Below, piece by piece: positions 28,160-41,800 of a DNA stretch of 64,000 nucleotides. Under the pieces are notes generated by a model. The model searched no databases, was not told the origin of the DNA, and saw only the letters and a list, made by a program, of their open reading frames with translations. The stretch lies in the NCBI RefSeq assembly GCF_009914755.1, contig NC_060936.1; one strand, 5' to 3'. The position numbers and the translations under genes were made by a program. The first letter of the stretch is position 1; each line of letters begins with the position of its first letter. The DNA is from the human T2T-CHM13v2.0 reference genome, Homo sapiens.

Positions 28160-30519
28160 TATGATGCCTTTCTAAGAAGGGAGGATAATTGGAAAACAGA
28201 TATTCTAAAATCTCTGCCTTCATTTAGCAACTTGAAAACAGTACGTGAAAAGGAACTAAGAAATTTTGGGGCCTCATCTGTGTGTATGAGGAGATATCCT
28301 GCAATGGTTTAGATGGAACACATTCATTTTTTATTCGTCTTCAAGGCTTATAATGAACCTTCAGATACAGGAAAAGGACCAGCCAACTGCTGCAGCTCTT
28401 CCCTCTACTAGACAGAGCAGGAGATGCATTAGAAAATGTGATAATCTGACACCTCTGTCCAGGGAAATGCAAAGGAAGAGGTCAGTTACTGTCAATTCTA
28501 ATTAGATTCATTTATTCCTGCTCTTTGGCCCATTGAAATGATGATATATGGATGAAAATTCACAAATATTTTAGTAAGCTAAGACCAAGGTGCTGAAATA
28601 ATTTTCTCTCTACTTTAGAGTGAACATAGAAGGGAATAGAGGGGCTCACAGAGATGGGGGCATTGACTGAATAAATCCCGTGGGCCAAGAATGGGAGTTC
28701 AGGAAAGAGTTCAATCAAGAGGGCAACTTTTAAAATAAGAGTTTTCAATTTGCAAATGAAGTTCTCAATTTTAATTCCCTTGAAGTTTTAAAATGTGTGG
28801 GCATTTATTCTTGCTTCTCAGGATTGGAACCACTTTCTATTAGGGTGAAGATAGGTAGCACAGAAGCATATGACCTAGGCTCAGCCACCTGGATGCTCCC
28901 AACTGGGACTCTGAACTTTGAGGGAATGGTTCAAACTTACAAAGTTGGTTAAGAAATTTTTCCCAGGGGCAGTAGTAACTATTGTCTAGTGTAGCTGTGT
29001 GTTGCTGTGGCATGGGTGGGGGTGTCAGTGGCAATGTCTTCCACAGATTCTTCCTGTGGATTGGTCCTACTGACTGCTTCCTTGACTTTGGCCTTTTCCC
29101 CCTACCCCAAGTTTTTCTTCTCCAGCTCTCTTATGGATTGTGTCGTCTAAATCACATATACTTCTAGTAATTTCCTCTTTTGTTAAGTCTGAGAGTATTT
29201 CTTTGGCTTGCAACTAAGACCTGACTCAAACATGTTGAGTTTTTAAAAATTACGTTTACATTCAGCTTTTCAAGAATACATGTTTTGTAAGGAAAGATAC
29301 ACCTATGCTTAAGTCTTGAGAGGATATAAAAGAGAGTTGTGGGCAGGATCAATGAGGCAGATTTGTGGAGACTTTCTAGAAGAATGTTTTCATAGTGTTT
29401 GGAAGGCAGCAGTAGATATGGATAAGCCCAGAGAAGGTGAGAATACAGGGTGGGCGATAAGCGTATCAATTACATACAGCCTGGTCCTGGATCCTTTAAA
29501 AGAAGCAATTCTTAAAAAAAAAAAAAAATGAGAAAGAGATCTCTAGTCTGACTGGTTGGGTGCTATTTCCTATTCAGCTCTTCATGCAATACCTCACTAA
29601 CTGCCACCCAATTTCAAGCCTCCCATTCCTGGGAAACACAATGGAGAGGGAGGAAGTTGGCTAACTCGAAGAAACACCTGGAGACGAACAGCAGCTTTTC
29701 TCAGTTATGCTTTTGACTTGGACAGGGAGTGGAAATTCTACTGAGGGCTCAACAGGTGATCTCCTTTGGGCTATGGACAAAGGCCACATGCTCGAGCTAC
29801 TAGTTAAGCTACCTGTTTTTGTGTCCCAGCCAAACACAATACACAACCTATCTGAATAGAAGACACAGTGAGTCATGAAACCTCAGAAACTCACTTTCGT
29901 GAGAAGGCGTGCATTTGTGCATGTGTATGTAATCTGCCCATGGCCACAAAATAGCATTTCTGGCTTTCTTAAAGGTAATTAAACATCATGTCCCAAAGGG
30001 CTTATGAGAATACCCTCAAACTGCTGGGAGAAATAATAAAATATCAGGGCTTGCAGCACCATTGAGAAATGAGAATTTCTGTAGCCGGCTAAAAAAATCA
30101 GACTCTCCTGGACTCTTGAACAATTGGGGTACATAGAGCCATTTGGAGAGCACTAGGGTACTTCCTTCTTGATTTGTTTTGTGGTCCTCAGCAGCTGTCA
30201 GTTCCTTGAGTCAAGCTGGTTAGGACTGGAAACAAAAGATTTTTGTTTGAACCTTACATTTTTAAGATATAGAAATGGCACCTTGAAGCGACGACAGGGC
30301 ATGCAATTGCTGTTCAAAGTCAACAGGAAACTTTAAAAGCATATGTTAGAGTCTTTGCTTTCCTGTTTCTCTCATTATGTATTCTATTAATGGGTGGATG
30401 AGGACTTTGATGTCAGGGTAGTCAGGAGTGTTTAAGAATACAGTAGGCTGTTTGTTTAAGAAACTGCTTAGTTCCTCCACTCTGTGTTAACTCTTGGTAA
30501 CTTTATATGTTGTTATAAT

Positions 30520-31005
30520 TTAAAAATCATTTTAAAAATTGGAAGACTAGCACAAGGAACTGATATATATCCTTTATTCACTGATAAAATGAATATTTTT
30601 TCCTATGGAGAAAAATATTTACATATATAGGAAAATAAATTTATATATGGATATATATGTATACCTATTCCTATTTTTATTCTGAGTTATTTGAAAGCAA
30701 GTTGGAGCTATCTTGACCCTTTATGCCTAAATATTTCGGTATGTAAGAACATGAATATATATAACTACAGTATAGTTATCAGGTTCTGGAAAATTAACAT
30801 TAATATCAAACTTGTATTTAATCAACAATCCATATTCCAAATTTAATTGTTCAAATAGTGTCTTTTGCAGTATTTTTTTCTTACCATACAGAATGCAGTC
30901 CAGAATCACATATAGCATTACTTGCCATGTCTTTTTAAGCTTCTTTAATCTATAATAGTTTTTCAACCTTTCTGTATCTTTTTGATCTTGGTATATCTGA
31001 GGAAT
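30520..31005 (-). mobile_element. Old L1MC/L1ME 3' remnant
   Basis: cttgaccctttatgcctaaatatttcggtatg...aactacagtatagttatc...ccagaatcacatatagcatt resembles antisense L1MC4/5. Confidence 0.7.
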
Positions 31006-31884
31006 CTATTACTCTTTAAAGAATGGTACCCATATTTTTGTCCTCCTAACTTCTCTAATTCTTCTCATTACTAAGTTCCTGCTACATGTTTTAACAATTG
31101 ACTCTTTGGCTCTTATCTCTATTAATCTTTCTGATTTCCTATTTGTTCCTTTCCTCCATTCTATAATCAGATTTTCTGTACTCCTTATAGAAAGTGAAAA
31201 ATTGTTCCTGTCAGTGGACTGAAATACAATAGCTGGTTGCAAAACAGTCCAAGTGCTTACGTGGACATAATTGTTTTACTTTCTTCCTATAATTGATTAA
31301 ATAATTTGAAGGCACCTCTTTAAAATATAGACATTTATCCATCCAGAAAGCCTAGGACAGTTTGTATAGCAGCCTAGATTTTTCTCTAACAACTAAACGT
31401 TAGGCTCATTTGTAAATATTTCAGCAACTTGACACTTTGGAGATGTGCATTTCAGAAATTATTTAGGATCTGAATTCAATTAGGATAACTTCTTAAATCC
31501 AGTAAATGCAACCATCCAGACAGTCTCAATCTTCTTACTTCTTTACACGGAATAAGGCAAGGCTCCCAAGTTAGTTCCCATGAGTTTCCTCCTTGAGCAA
31601 TTTCTCTTCTTGGAAACACTTGAGAGAAGGGGCAGTCCTATCTCACTGGGGCCCAGATGATCAGTGCTTGGCATTCCTTATCCCCTCTCCATGGTATTTT
31701 CTTGAGTCCAGTGGTAATTCTGGCAATTGGTTCTTGGCAATACATAGGATTCAACTCACCACTCCAAGGCCGGTAAATAAGAGAATGATACATGGAGATA
31801 AACTCTTAATAGTTATCCTTGTTTTTATAAAATTTGAGTAAGGTCAGGATGTTCAGAGTCACATTAAAAATTTCTCAGCATTCA

Positions 31885-32110
31885 CTATAGTCTGTGTGAG
31901 AGCTGGGACTCAGTGTTCTGAGAAAAGAACCATGATTTCTGCCCAAGACCCAAACTTCCTGAACATCGGAGCAAGTTACTTTATTTCCTTTAATTTCTTC
32001 CTCTATAAAATGGGAATAATTATATCACAGGGATAATTTATGAAACTGCCATAAAAGTGGTAGCAAAGACTCAAGCACAGCATTCCATAAATATTAAATC
32101 AGGACAATAA
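31885..32110 (+). mobile_element. MIR remnant
   Basis: gcaagttacttt...tttcttcctctataaaatgggaataat. Confidence 0.55.
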
Positions 32111-32357
32111 TAATTTGTGAGATTTTTTTGTGAACCGCTGACCCTGTTTCACACAAAAGGTGGCTTACTGATAGAATGTATTTACCTCCATTCATTTAAA
32201 GCAACCTCTACAAGAAATTATTATGAACAATGATCCTAGGTTTTTGCTGTCAAACAAGCTGGATTAAGCAGCATTATTCAGAATATAGACTGGCATTATA
32301 ATGAAATTGGCATTTGTGGTGGCTGATAAAAAAATGAAGCTTATTGTATAAGCATTC

Positions 32358-32657
32358 TTTTTTTTTTTTTTTTTTGAGACGGAATCTCATTCTGTCACCA
32401 GGCTGGAGTGCAGTGGCGCAATCTTCGGCTCACTGCAACCTCCGCCTCCCAGGTTCAAGTGATTCTCCTACCTCAGCCTCCTGAGTAGCTGGGACTACAG
32501 GCACCCACCACCATGCCCGGCTAATTTTTTTGTATTTTTAGTAGAGACGGGGTTTCACCATGTTGGCCAGGCTGGTCTTGAACTCCTGACCTTGTGATTT
32601 GCCTGCCTTGGCCTCCCAAAGTGCTGGGATTACAGGTGTGAGCCACCGCACCTGGCC
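32358..32657 (-). mobile_element. AluS (Sc/Sg-like)
   Basis: Poly-T plus full antisense dimer; degenerate TSD AGCA(T/C)TCTT. Confidence 0.93.
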
Positions 32658-35600
32658 GTGAGCACTCTTAAAACATAGTGGAGCCTTGTCTGGGCTTGGT
32701 ACATGTTGTCTCCCACTTCTCTTATCCCTGAAATGCATATAATTGCACTGCGCATGGTGGGAGGAAACATATGTTCACGCCTGTCTCACACACACATACC
32801 ACATACCAAATGTTGCCTTTCCTTCAGTCCCTCATTGCCTTTCCTTCCGACTGCACTGCCGCCCACTTCTCTCTACAGTCCTCCTCCCACACAAGCCAGC
32901 CTTCTCTAGTAACAATGCTGTCCTGGACCTGCCATTGTCTCTCTCCACAACAAAACATATCCAGCTCTGGCCTTATACCCACAGAGTCTTCTTCCAGGTG
33001 ACAGCCATCTGAACTGCTAAGCCAATCTGTTCTAGTGAGATCATGAACAATATTGACTTTATGTGTTGCCTCGTCTCTTGCCTTATTTCAGCAAAACTTC
33101 TTCTTGTCAGTGTTTTCAAGGATCATGGCAGAACCAGTGAGGAAGACTTTTGGTGGTTGGAACTTTCTTTTGCCTTTAAATCACGCTGTTGAGGTGTGTA
33201 GTCTGCAAGGGACTAGCTGTCAGACACTGCATTTTTTGCTAATTGAGAAAACATTCTGACTAAACTCAGTCCCTGAAATAGGGCCTCGAGTCCAATCATT
33301 TTTGGTGATAGAGAAGTTGAATTCAAGGCCAAAACAATGGAGAGTGATAGTGACTCCCTTTGTTTCTAAGGTCTCTCTCTGGTCTGGACATTTCTAGAAG
33401 ATGCTTTACTACTCATCTAGGATAATCTTCATGTCTTACCAGAAGAATACCACCTACCAAGCTCAACTACTACATCAGCAAGATCTTCTATTAGGTCCGA
33501 ATAAATTGCTATTTTGATACTGTAGAAAAAAATGACTAAGTGAAATCGCCAATTTGGACTGTTGAGGTTGTTGGAATTCCTATTTATGGCATCCAAGGTT
33601 AGCAAAATTCATATTTGCAGGCTTAGAAGGTATATGATTTTTTTCATTCATTAATCTGTCCTTGTATGTATCATCTTCTTTCCTTAATAATTCACTTTTT
33701 ACCTTCTCATTTTTGCTTACATGTATTTTCCTTTTATCACTCCTTTACCCCTCCTTCATGCTCCCTGAACTCCTTTCTTCCCCTTCCACAGTCATCCTTT
33801 TTTCATTTCAAGAATGGTTGCTGACATTTTATTTTTGACCCATTTCTCAGTTCTTTCATCTTTCCATCCTGGCTCTTCCTATCCAATTTTTAATGCATCT
33901 TCCAAACTTTTGAGGATGAGGCACACTTTTCTCTGCCTCACTGCAACAGGCTGCCATTGAGACAGGAAATGAAACAATCGGCCCTGTGCTGGCATGAACT
34001 TCACCTTAGCATTAGCCACATTGGAGCCACCACTGAACATACTCATACTAGAATAAAGTTGTCCTGATCAGCATCATGGTCCTGGAGGGCATTACTGCTT
34101 CACACTATAGTTACCACCCTGCGTTTGTACACACATGTACAGACTCATATAGCCACACATACATATTTACTTCTTATACATGGGATTTGATATGGCCTTT
34201 AATTTGTAGTTTGCCTTTACAGAATTTGGTTGCAGTACTGTCAGATATGCTCCCTCAACTGAATCAGTTTTAATAAAGCATAAATTAGTGGATGGGGACT
34301 TAAATTTGCCAATCCAGATAAAGTGTACAGAATAATTGTAATATGAGCTTTCTAAATAAGAACTTGCTGGAATAAATATGATGCCTTGGGGAGATGTTGG
34401 CAATATCATCACCTAATTAAGGAGAAAGAAACAGTGACACCACCTTTGGAAGGAATCTAAGATGCCATATAATTCCATTTTATTCTTGGGAAACCCTGAT
34501 TACTACAACATAGGTGATCCAGATAAAACATTAATTTTAAGACCTTGAGGGAGGGAGAAATTGACTTGTTTCCAGTCCCAGAGCATATCAGCGGAGGGAT
34601 CAAGACTGGATCCCTGTTCTTGGCAGTTTGCAATACAGATATTTGGAAATGTTTTCCCCCCTGAGAATGTTACCTTAAAGTTACCATGAACTTTATTCTT
34701 AAAAAAAATTCTTCATACGGTCTTAGATAGAGCATCTTTATGGTAGCTCTTGACCACTCAAACAGTATTCATTGAGATGAACTCATATGAAGGCATGTGG
34801 TAGAAAATAAAACACTTGGAACCACTTGATCTGATCTTGTTATCACCTCTACAGATGACATAGCCTTTTTTTCCTACTAACTTACTCTCATTAGGCTTGA
34901 CGTATCCTAAGCTTCTATTGAAAGGAGAATAACAACTTTATTTTGAAGTGGGGCAAAAGTTCACTGGCCTGGAAATTATTAAGTGGTTTGTCTACTAACA
35001 TTATGAGCAATCATTTACATAAAGGCAGTGATAATAGGAAATTTCTCACAGCAAATGTGCAGTATACTATAATTTAGATTTATTGGCTCATATTCATGTG
35101 CTTTTAAAAGTTTGGGGCAAAGTCAGGCAGATTATACGTGGCAAGATTTATGTTTACCCATTAGGCCACCCTAACAATTCCATGAGTGTTAAAAATCATA
35201 AATACAGGAGTCAAAAACTTATTAATCATGTGGTTCAACTCCTCATAAGGGCACTGAGACCTTGAGAGATTAAGTGAGGTCTTCTGACCCAGAGATTCTT
35301 GCACTCTTCTCTCCGCTGTCTAGTAAGAAGTTGTTGCAGAATAAATCAAATCAATTTTCTCTGACCCCAGGAGGACTCTTGTTTTTATTTTTCCAGAGTT
35401 GAGCAATTTTTTCCCCTGAATCTTTCTTAAAACCAAGGACTAATATTTGCTGGCAAAGGCTAGCATGAGATACACAGGATGTAGCTGTAGAACAAGGAGT
35501 ATTTCCTGTGCAAAATTTACTGGCTTAATCAGAAATTGCATCCTTGATTTCATATTAAGTTGGGAGTTAAATCTTCCCACAACTTGGCATGTGGAGCCAG

Positions 35601-35779
35601 ATATCTATGAAACACTTGATATCCATGAAAATGGGGAAGAGATGGAGATACCCTAGGAAAAGGAGAAACACAAATATTTTAGTGTTCAGCTTTTAAATGC
35701 ACCAAATCTGAAAAATCCACAGAATGAGACTGATTTTCAAATCCAAAGAAAATATTTACACCATTCTATTTATAAACAT

Positions 35780-35859
35780 AAATAGAACCATATGAAATTG
35801 CCTTTTCCGTAGGCCCAAAATATTGAAATATTGGCAATTTCTTATAGTTCAACCAAATA
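35780..35859. mobile_element. MADE2-like mariner MITE (palindromic)
   Basis: gaaccatatgaaattgcc...ggcaatttcttatagttc inverted arms spanning ~80 bp. Confidence 0.7.
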
Positions 35860-38827
35860 TTATATAATAAAAATCGTGGGAAACTAGAACATGTATATAC
35901 ATTTCAAGTGACTATGGTTTTTGCTTTCATACTGGGTTCCTTAAAAATTAATTGGACCATTATAGGCCTTAGTTAACTGTATATAGATTCTGGAAAATAG
36001 CAGTGAGTGGATACGCCATGCTTGTCTGTTCTTCACATTGCTTGGATCTGACCTCCATAACTGCATGGTTTTACCTCCACCAAAGCATTATTTTTTTTCA
36101 GGATAATCTCCTGGTATTGCAAGGAAGCCAGCTACCTACTTCAAAGGGAATCATCCTGCCGTTGTGTCTAGGCAGTTCGACTCACCTTCTACTTTGCCTT
36201 TTAGGGCCCCTCTTTTTTTCTTTGCTCTGGCACTGATGTGCTTCTAGAAATGCTCCATTGTCTCTTTGTTCCTACATGCTCCAACATTTCTGCTCAGCTA
36301 AATGACGGCTAATAGCAGTGGGATAGGCTGCCAGCTGTTATGGGTGCTTTGTGTGGAGCCTATCTGACCTTTTTATTATATAAAAGTGTTAAGCCAGTTA
36401 TTAACAGAAGAGAAACTGAAAAGAAACCATATAAAGAAAAAAGTGGCATAGCAAACCCACTTATAAATCAGCCGTCCTTTAATTATCTTGGAAGCAAGAA
36501 CTTCCTCATTATGAAAGATGGAAGAAAGTAAGGTGGAAGGCTTATCACCTGATGATAACCCTGTGTCGGCATCAATTATAGGTTTTCTGGATTAATGCAT
36601 TGAGATGTTGATTTCAGGAGCTCAGACCAGACTTCAGTGTTCAAGAAAGCAGGCTACTCAAGAGAGTGATACAGAAAAGCTGATTCAAATGTGGACTTTG
36701 CTGAAAAGGGCATTACTATTTGGTAATCCAGGTCTTGATCTTAATTCAAACAGGTAATGTAAGCTCAGACAGCACAAGAGCTGACGTGTATTTGAAAATG
36801 TCTAGATTCCACTTCTTAAGTGCTTTCAAGTTTCCACCCCAAAAAGTTAAATTCTAAACTGCGTGTGCTTTTATCTCTTCTCATTTCCTTTACTTGTACA
36901 ATATACAGTAAAATTTTTGTTTGAAAAATACCAGGCTTGTTTTGGCCCCCCGACCCTCTGAGCCTTCACCCAAAGCACTCGCTAAGCCGAGTAAGACCTT
37001 TTTTGAGGCCTGAAAGTGTCTGGTTCACTTTCTTTTATGTTATTTTTCCTTTGGGTGGACCTCTGCATTTCAAGATGTATTATTTAAATATTATCATTTC
37101 CAGGCCAAAAACAGGCAAAAAGTTCTAAAGGAACACAATTTTGCAGACTACAGATTTTTAGAAAAAATTGGATTAGCTGTGTATAAGCATCTAGCTTTTG
37201 GGATGCTTAAAATAGAAAGTATCAAAATGTATCACTAGCCCAAATCCTCATCTGACTCAGATCCTTGAAGGTTGCCCTCCGTTAGTCTGCCAGAGAGCCC
37301 CATATTCTATTCAGTATTGGTTTCTTGGTTTTGTAAAATACAAGGGTCAATGTCTCTAAGGAAGCTGCTGTTTATTTGGTGAGCCTTACTAATCCTTTCC
37401 CATTATAACAAAAAGACAATACAGTTTATCACAGAAGTAAAAACACACTGTTGCCGGATATTTTCACATGCTAACTGGCACTACAGTCTTGTACATTTTG
37501 TTTTCATGAGATATCCAGGTTACATGAATAATACACTGGGAGGTTTGGGAGATTTCTCAAACATTATTTTTGGTAGTTACAGAAACCAAAACCGAGAGGA
37601 ATGTATATGTTTGTGAACATTTAATTACATGTTTGTGTGCACAGGAATGAAAAAATCACTTAATCAATAACTAAAAGCACCTTGATAGGATGAAGCTAAC
37701 TTGTGGTCTGTGCATTTTGAACCAGATTCTAATAAGCTTTTGAACCTTTTTGACACTGTCACTCAAAGATATTTTGTATTCTTTTCTTTTACTATTTATC
37801 TGATTTGACTCCAATCCACTTTGTGGTGTTGGCTGGGTTTTTGGGTTGAGTCAAATTTTCCATACAACACAAAACTCTTCTCTCACTCTGAGAATGTTCC
37901 TTAAATCAAGAATAGAACACTGAGGAAGGGCTTGTATTAACCTGTCTGGAAAGCAAGTTTGTGTCTTCTTTTTCTTCTTCTTTCTTCTCTTTTAATAAGA
38001 CTAATAACTAGAGGTCTTAGTTAAAATAATGGAGATGTTGAAAGTGGATTTGAAAATGCATGGTAGCTGCCTAATCATGCTTGAACTTTCTAGTGGCTCA
38101 CTTGCCTTGTGCTTTTTAATTGATGGGGCAGACATACCAAGTGTTTGGAGATGAACTGATACATGCCTGGATTTATGAGGCCCAGAGGCTAAGTTTGAAC
38201 TTGCTAGCTAGTGGGAGAGCAGAGGGGTCACATTCAGCTGTGGTTGAGGCTGAATTGCCACTATTCAGTTCATATGGGGAGAAAAGTCACTTTCCAAAGG
38301 GCATTTGGTCTGCAGCAGAACCACAACTTTTAGTCCTCTGATATGTCAAATGCAGAACCAATGTAATTATCTGGATAAATCAAACCACAGATTGTTTCAT
38401 ACTCTAAGGTAACTATGAAAGACATTGACAATGAGCCCATGCATTTTCTTTTCTTTCCGTAAGCTTTCTTTCCCCCCAGACCTCATCTTTGTCAATTCCC
38501 TTCTCTTTCTTAAAAAGTATACAATCTGCCTGTGGTTCCTTTCTTGTAGCCTCTTGGGGTCATGTGAATTTGGTGGACTTATTGCCCTTCTCTCCAAATA
38601 ACATGTAGTCCTCCTTAAAACAGTATTAAACTGACTGATCCCTGTATTTTAATTTATTAGTGTAGGGGAGGAGTAATGAGTAGAAGAGAATGAAAAAAAG
38701 AAAGCAAATTGATATTTATTGAGAAATAGCCATGAGTCATGAATTTTGCTTGGTATTTTGTGAACATCCTCTCACAAACTTCTGTAATATAATTAAGATA
38801 TTGTAAGTTAAAATCATTAGGAATAAC

Positions 38828-41800
38828 AGGGAGTTATGTCAGCAACATGGAGTTCTCTGGCTTCATTCCTTGCCCGCAAAAGAAATCCAATTAGCAATTA
38901 TGCACAGGCAAGAATTCCATCTTGAATATCCCAGAATTCAGGAGTGAGGCTGATACACTTCTTTGGACCACAGAATCTAAAAATGCCATGAGTGAATGGT
39001 AAGAGAATCAGTTTTCTTTGACTGCAGTCCCCCTTTTCCAGACTGGCATGGCACCACATGCAGAAAATTCTCCTGGGTCCACAGCTTCTGCAGTGTGAGG
39101 GATGAATTGGAGGTGAACATTCAGCATCTGTACCGTTCTGAGACCCTTTGCTGGAGACTTGCTCCTGTCTCATCATGTGAGAAATATTGGGAGTGCCAGC
39201 AGGGCTGGACCACCTGGGGTCAGTTGGAGCCACGGAAGGTGGGTAAGGCTCCATAAGAATCAGTGCATGGATCTTGGTAGCTGCTCTGCATTCCAACCAA
39301 AGAAGGCACCACAGCAGAGAAACTAGCCAACAGCATCATGCCGCAGGCAACACAGCAGAGATTCCAAAACACAGTACCACCCAGCCAGGAAAGACAACCC
39401 ATAACCTGGCCCAATTACACCTGATGGTAGAGTTCAGCCAGTGGTCTCACCAGACCACAGAGCACAGCTAGCAATACCATTTATCCTCCACACAGGAAGT
39501 GACCCAGCTCAACTAGAGAATCCCACACCAAGGCCTGCCTGTTCGGGTTTGCAGTTAGCCAGCACATACAGAATCCCAGGCTAGACTAAATAGTAAAGGC
39601 CTATTACCACCAAACAGCAGCTGCAAAGGCTGGAAGAGGTGGTCACCTCTTTAAATATGCAGGCATCAATTTAAGGACACAAGAAAATTATGACAAATCA
39701 GGGAAATATAACACCATCGCCAAAAAAAAAAAAAAAATGAAGCTCTAGTAAGGAACCCAGGAATAAAGGCTCTCTAAGAAGTGACTGATAAAGAATTGAG
39801 AATAATCCCTTTAAAGAAATTCAGGTAACTACGTGAAGATAGAGATAGAAAATTAAATACAATTTGGAAAACAATTCATGAACAAAATGCAAAGTTTGAC
39901 AAAGAAATAGAAACAATTTTTAAAAACCAAATAGAAATCTTAGAGATATAAAACACAACAACTGAACTGAAAAATTCAATAGAAAAATTCAATGGAGACT
40001 TGATCAAGCAGAAGAAAGAATCGGTGAGCTCAAGACAGGACATTTGAAATTATCCAATCAAAGGCGCAAAAAGAAAAAAAGAATAAAGAAAGCTTACAGG
40101 ATTTATGAGATAGCATCAAAGGAGCAAATATTTGTCTTTGGAATTTAAGAGGCAATAGAGAAAGACAAAGGAGTAGAAAGCTTATTTAAGGAAATAATAG
40201 CAGAAAACCTTCTAAACCTGAAGAAAGATATAAATATCTGGTACAGGGAGGTTAACAGGCACCAATCAAATTCAATCTAAATAAGACTACCCCAACACAT
40301 ATTATAATCAAACCATCAAATATCAAAGACAAAGAGAGGATTCTGAAAGCAGAAAGAGAAAGGAAGCAAATAACTTATGAGAGAATGTTAATGTATTTAG
40401 CAGTAGACACTCAACAGAAATCTTACAGGCCAAGAGGAAGTGGGATGATACATTCAAAGCACTGAAAGAAGACAACTCTGCCAACCAAAAATACTGCAGT
40501 GCTGTCCTTCAGAAATGAAGGACAGGTAAAGACTTTCTCAGACAAACAAAAGCTGGGAGATTTATCACCCCAGACCTATCTTACAAGAAATGCTAAAGGG
40601 AGTTCCTCACACTGAAAGAAAAAAATGCTATTGAGAAACACAAAAACATATGAAAGTGTAAAACTTACTGGTAAAAGTAAGTACACTGGTAATATTTGGA
40701 ATAGTCTAATATTTTAATGATAGCATGTAAATCACATATTTAGTATAAAAGTTAAAGGACAGAATTATTAAAAATAATGATGACAGTAAGTTGTCAAGGG
40801 TTGTAAAATATAAAATGTTATAAACTGTGGCATAACAGAGTCAAAATGTGGGGGTAGAGTGAAGTGTAGAGTTTTGTTTTTGTTTTTGCAATCAAAGTTA
40901 ACTTTTTATCAGCTTAAAGTAACCTGTTATAACTATAAGATGTTTTTTGTAAGCCTCATGGTAAGTGCAAAGTAAAACCTATAATAGATACACAAAAAAT
41001 AAAAAGCAAGAAATCAAAACACACTACAGAGAAAATCACTTAACTAAAAAGAAAGATAATAAAAGAGGAAAAAAGGAATAAAGAATCTACAAAACAACCA
41101 GAAAACAGTTAACAAAATGGCAAGAGTATGTCCTTGCCTATCAATAATTACCTTGAATGTAACTTGATTAAATTCTCCAATTAAAAGAGTGGCTGAATCA
41201 ATTTTTTTTTAAAAGACCTAACCATTTTTTGCCTAGAAGAGAATGAGACTCAGTTCACTTGTAAGGACACATGTAAATTGAAAGTGAAGGGATGGAAAAA
41301 GATATTCCATGAAAACACAAATCAAAAGAAGGCAAGAATAGTTATACTTAAATCAGATGAAATAGAATTTAAGTCAAAATTGTGAAAGGAGACAAAAATG
41401 ATCATTATGTTTTGATAAAAGGGTAAATTTAGTTAGAGGTTATAACAATTGTAAAGATATATGCACCCAACATGAGAGCATCTAAATACATAAGGCAAAT
41501 ATTAATAGATCAGAAGAGAGAGACAGATCGCAAAGTAATTATAGTAGGCAACTCAAACACCTATTGTTTCAGCAATGGATAAATTATTTAGAAAATCAAC
41601 AAAGAAACATCAGACTTAAACTATATTTTAGGCCTAGTGAACATCATGGTCACATACAAAACATTTCATCCAACAGCTGCAGAATACACATTGCTCTCCA
41701 CTGCATGTGGAACTTCCTCCAAAATAGATTATATGTTCAGCCACAAAATAAGTTTATAAAATTTTATGAAGATTGAAATCATATCAAGTATCTTTTCTAA

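Noticed and set aside
36710-36760. Imperfect hairpin (gcattac...gtaatgt) as a possible pre-miRNA
   Set aside because: Short stem with several bulges; matches no miRNA I recognise
38898-39471. Overlapping ORFs of 64-132 aa
   Set aside because: They lie in the GC-richer 5'UTR of the decayed L1 and are probably chance ORFs
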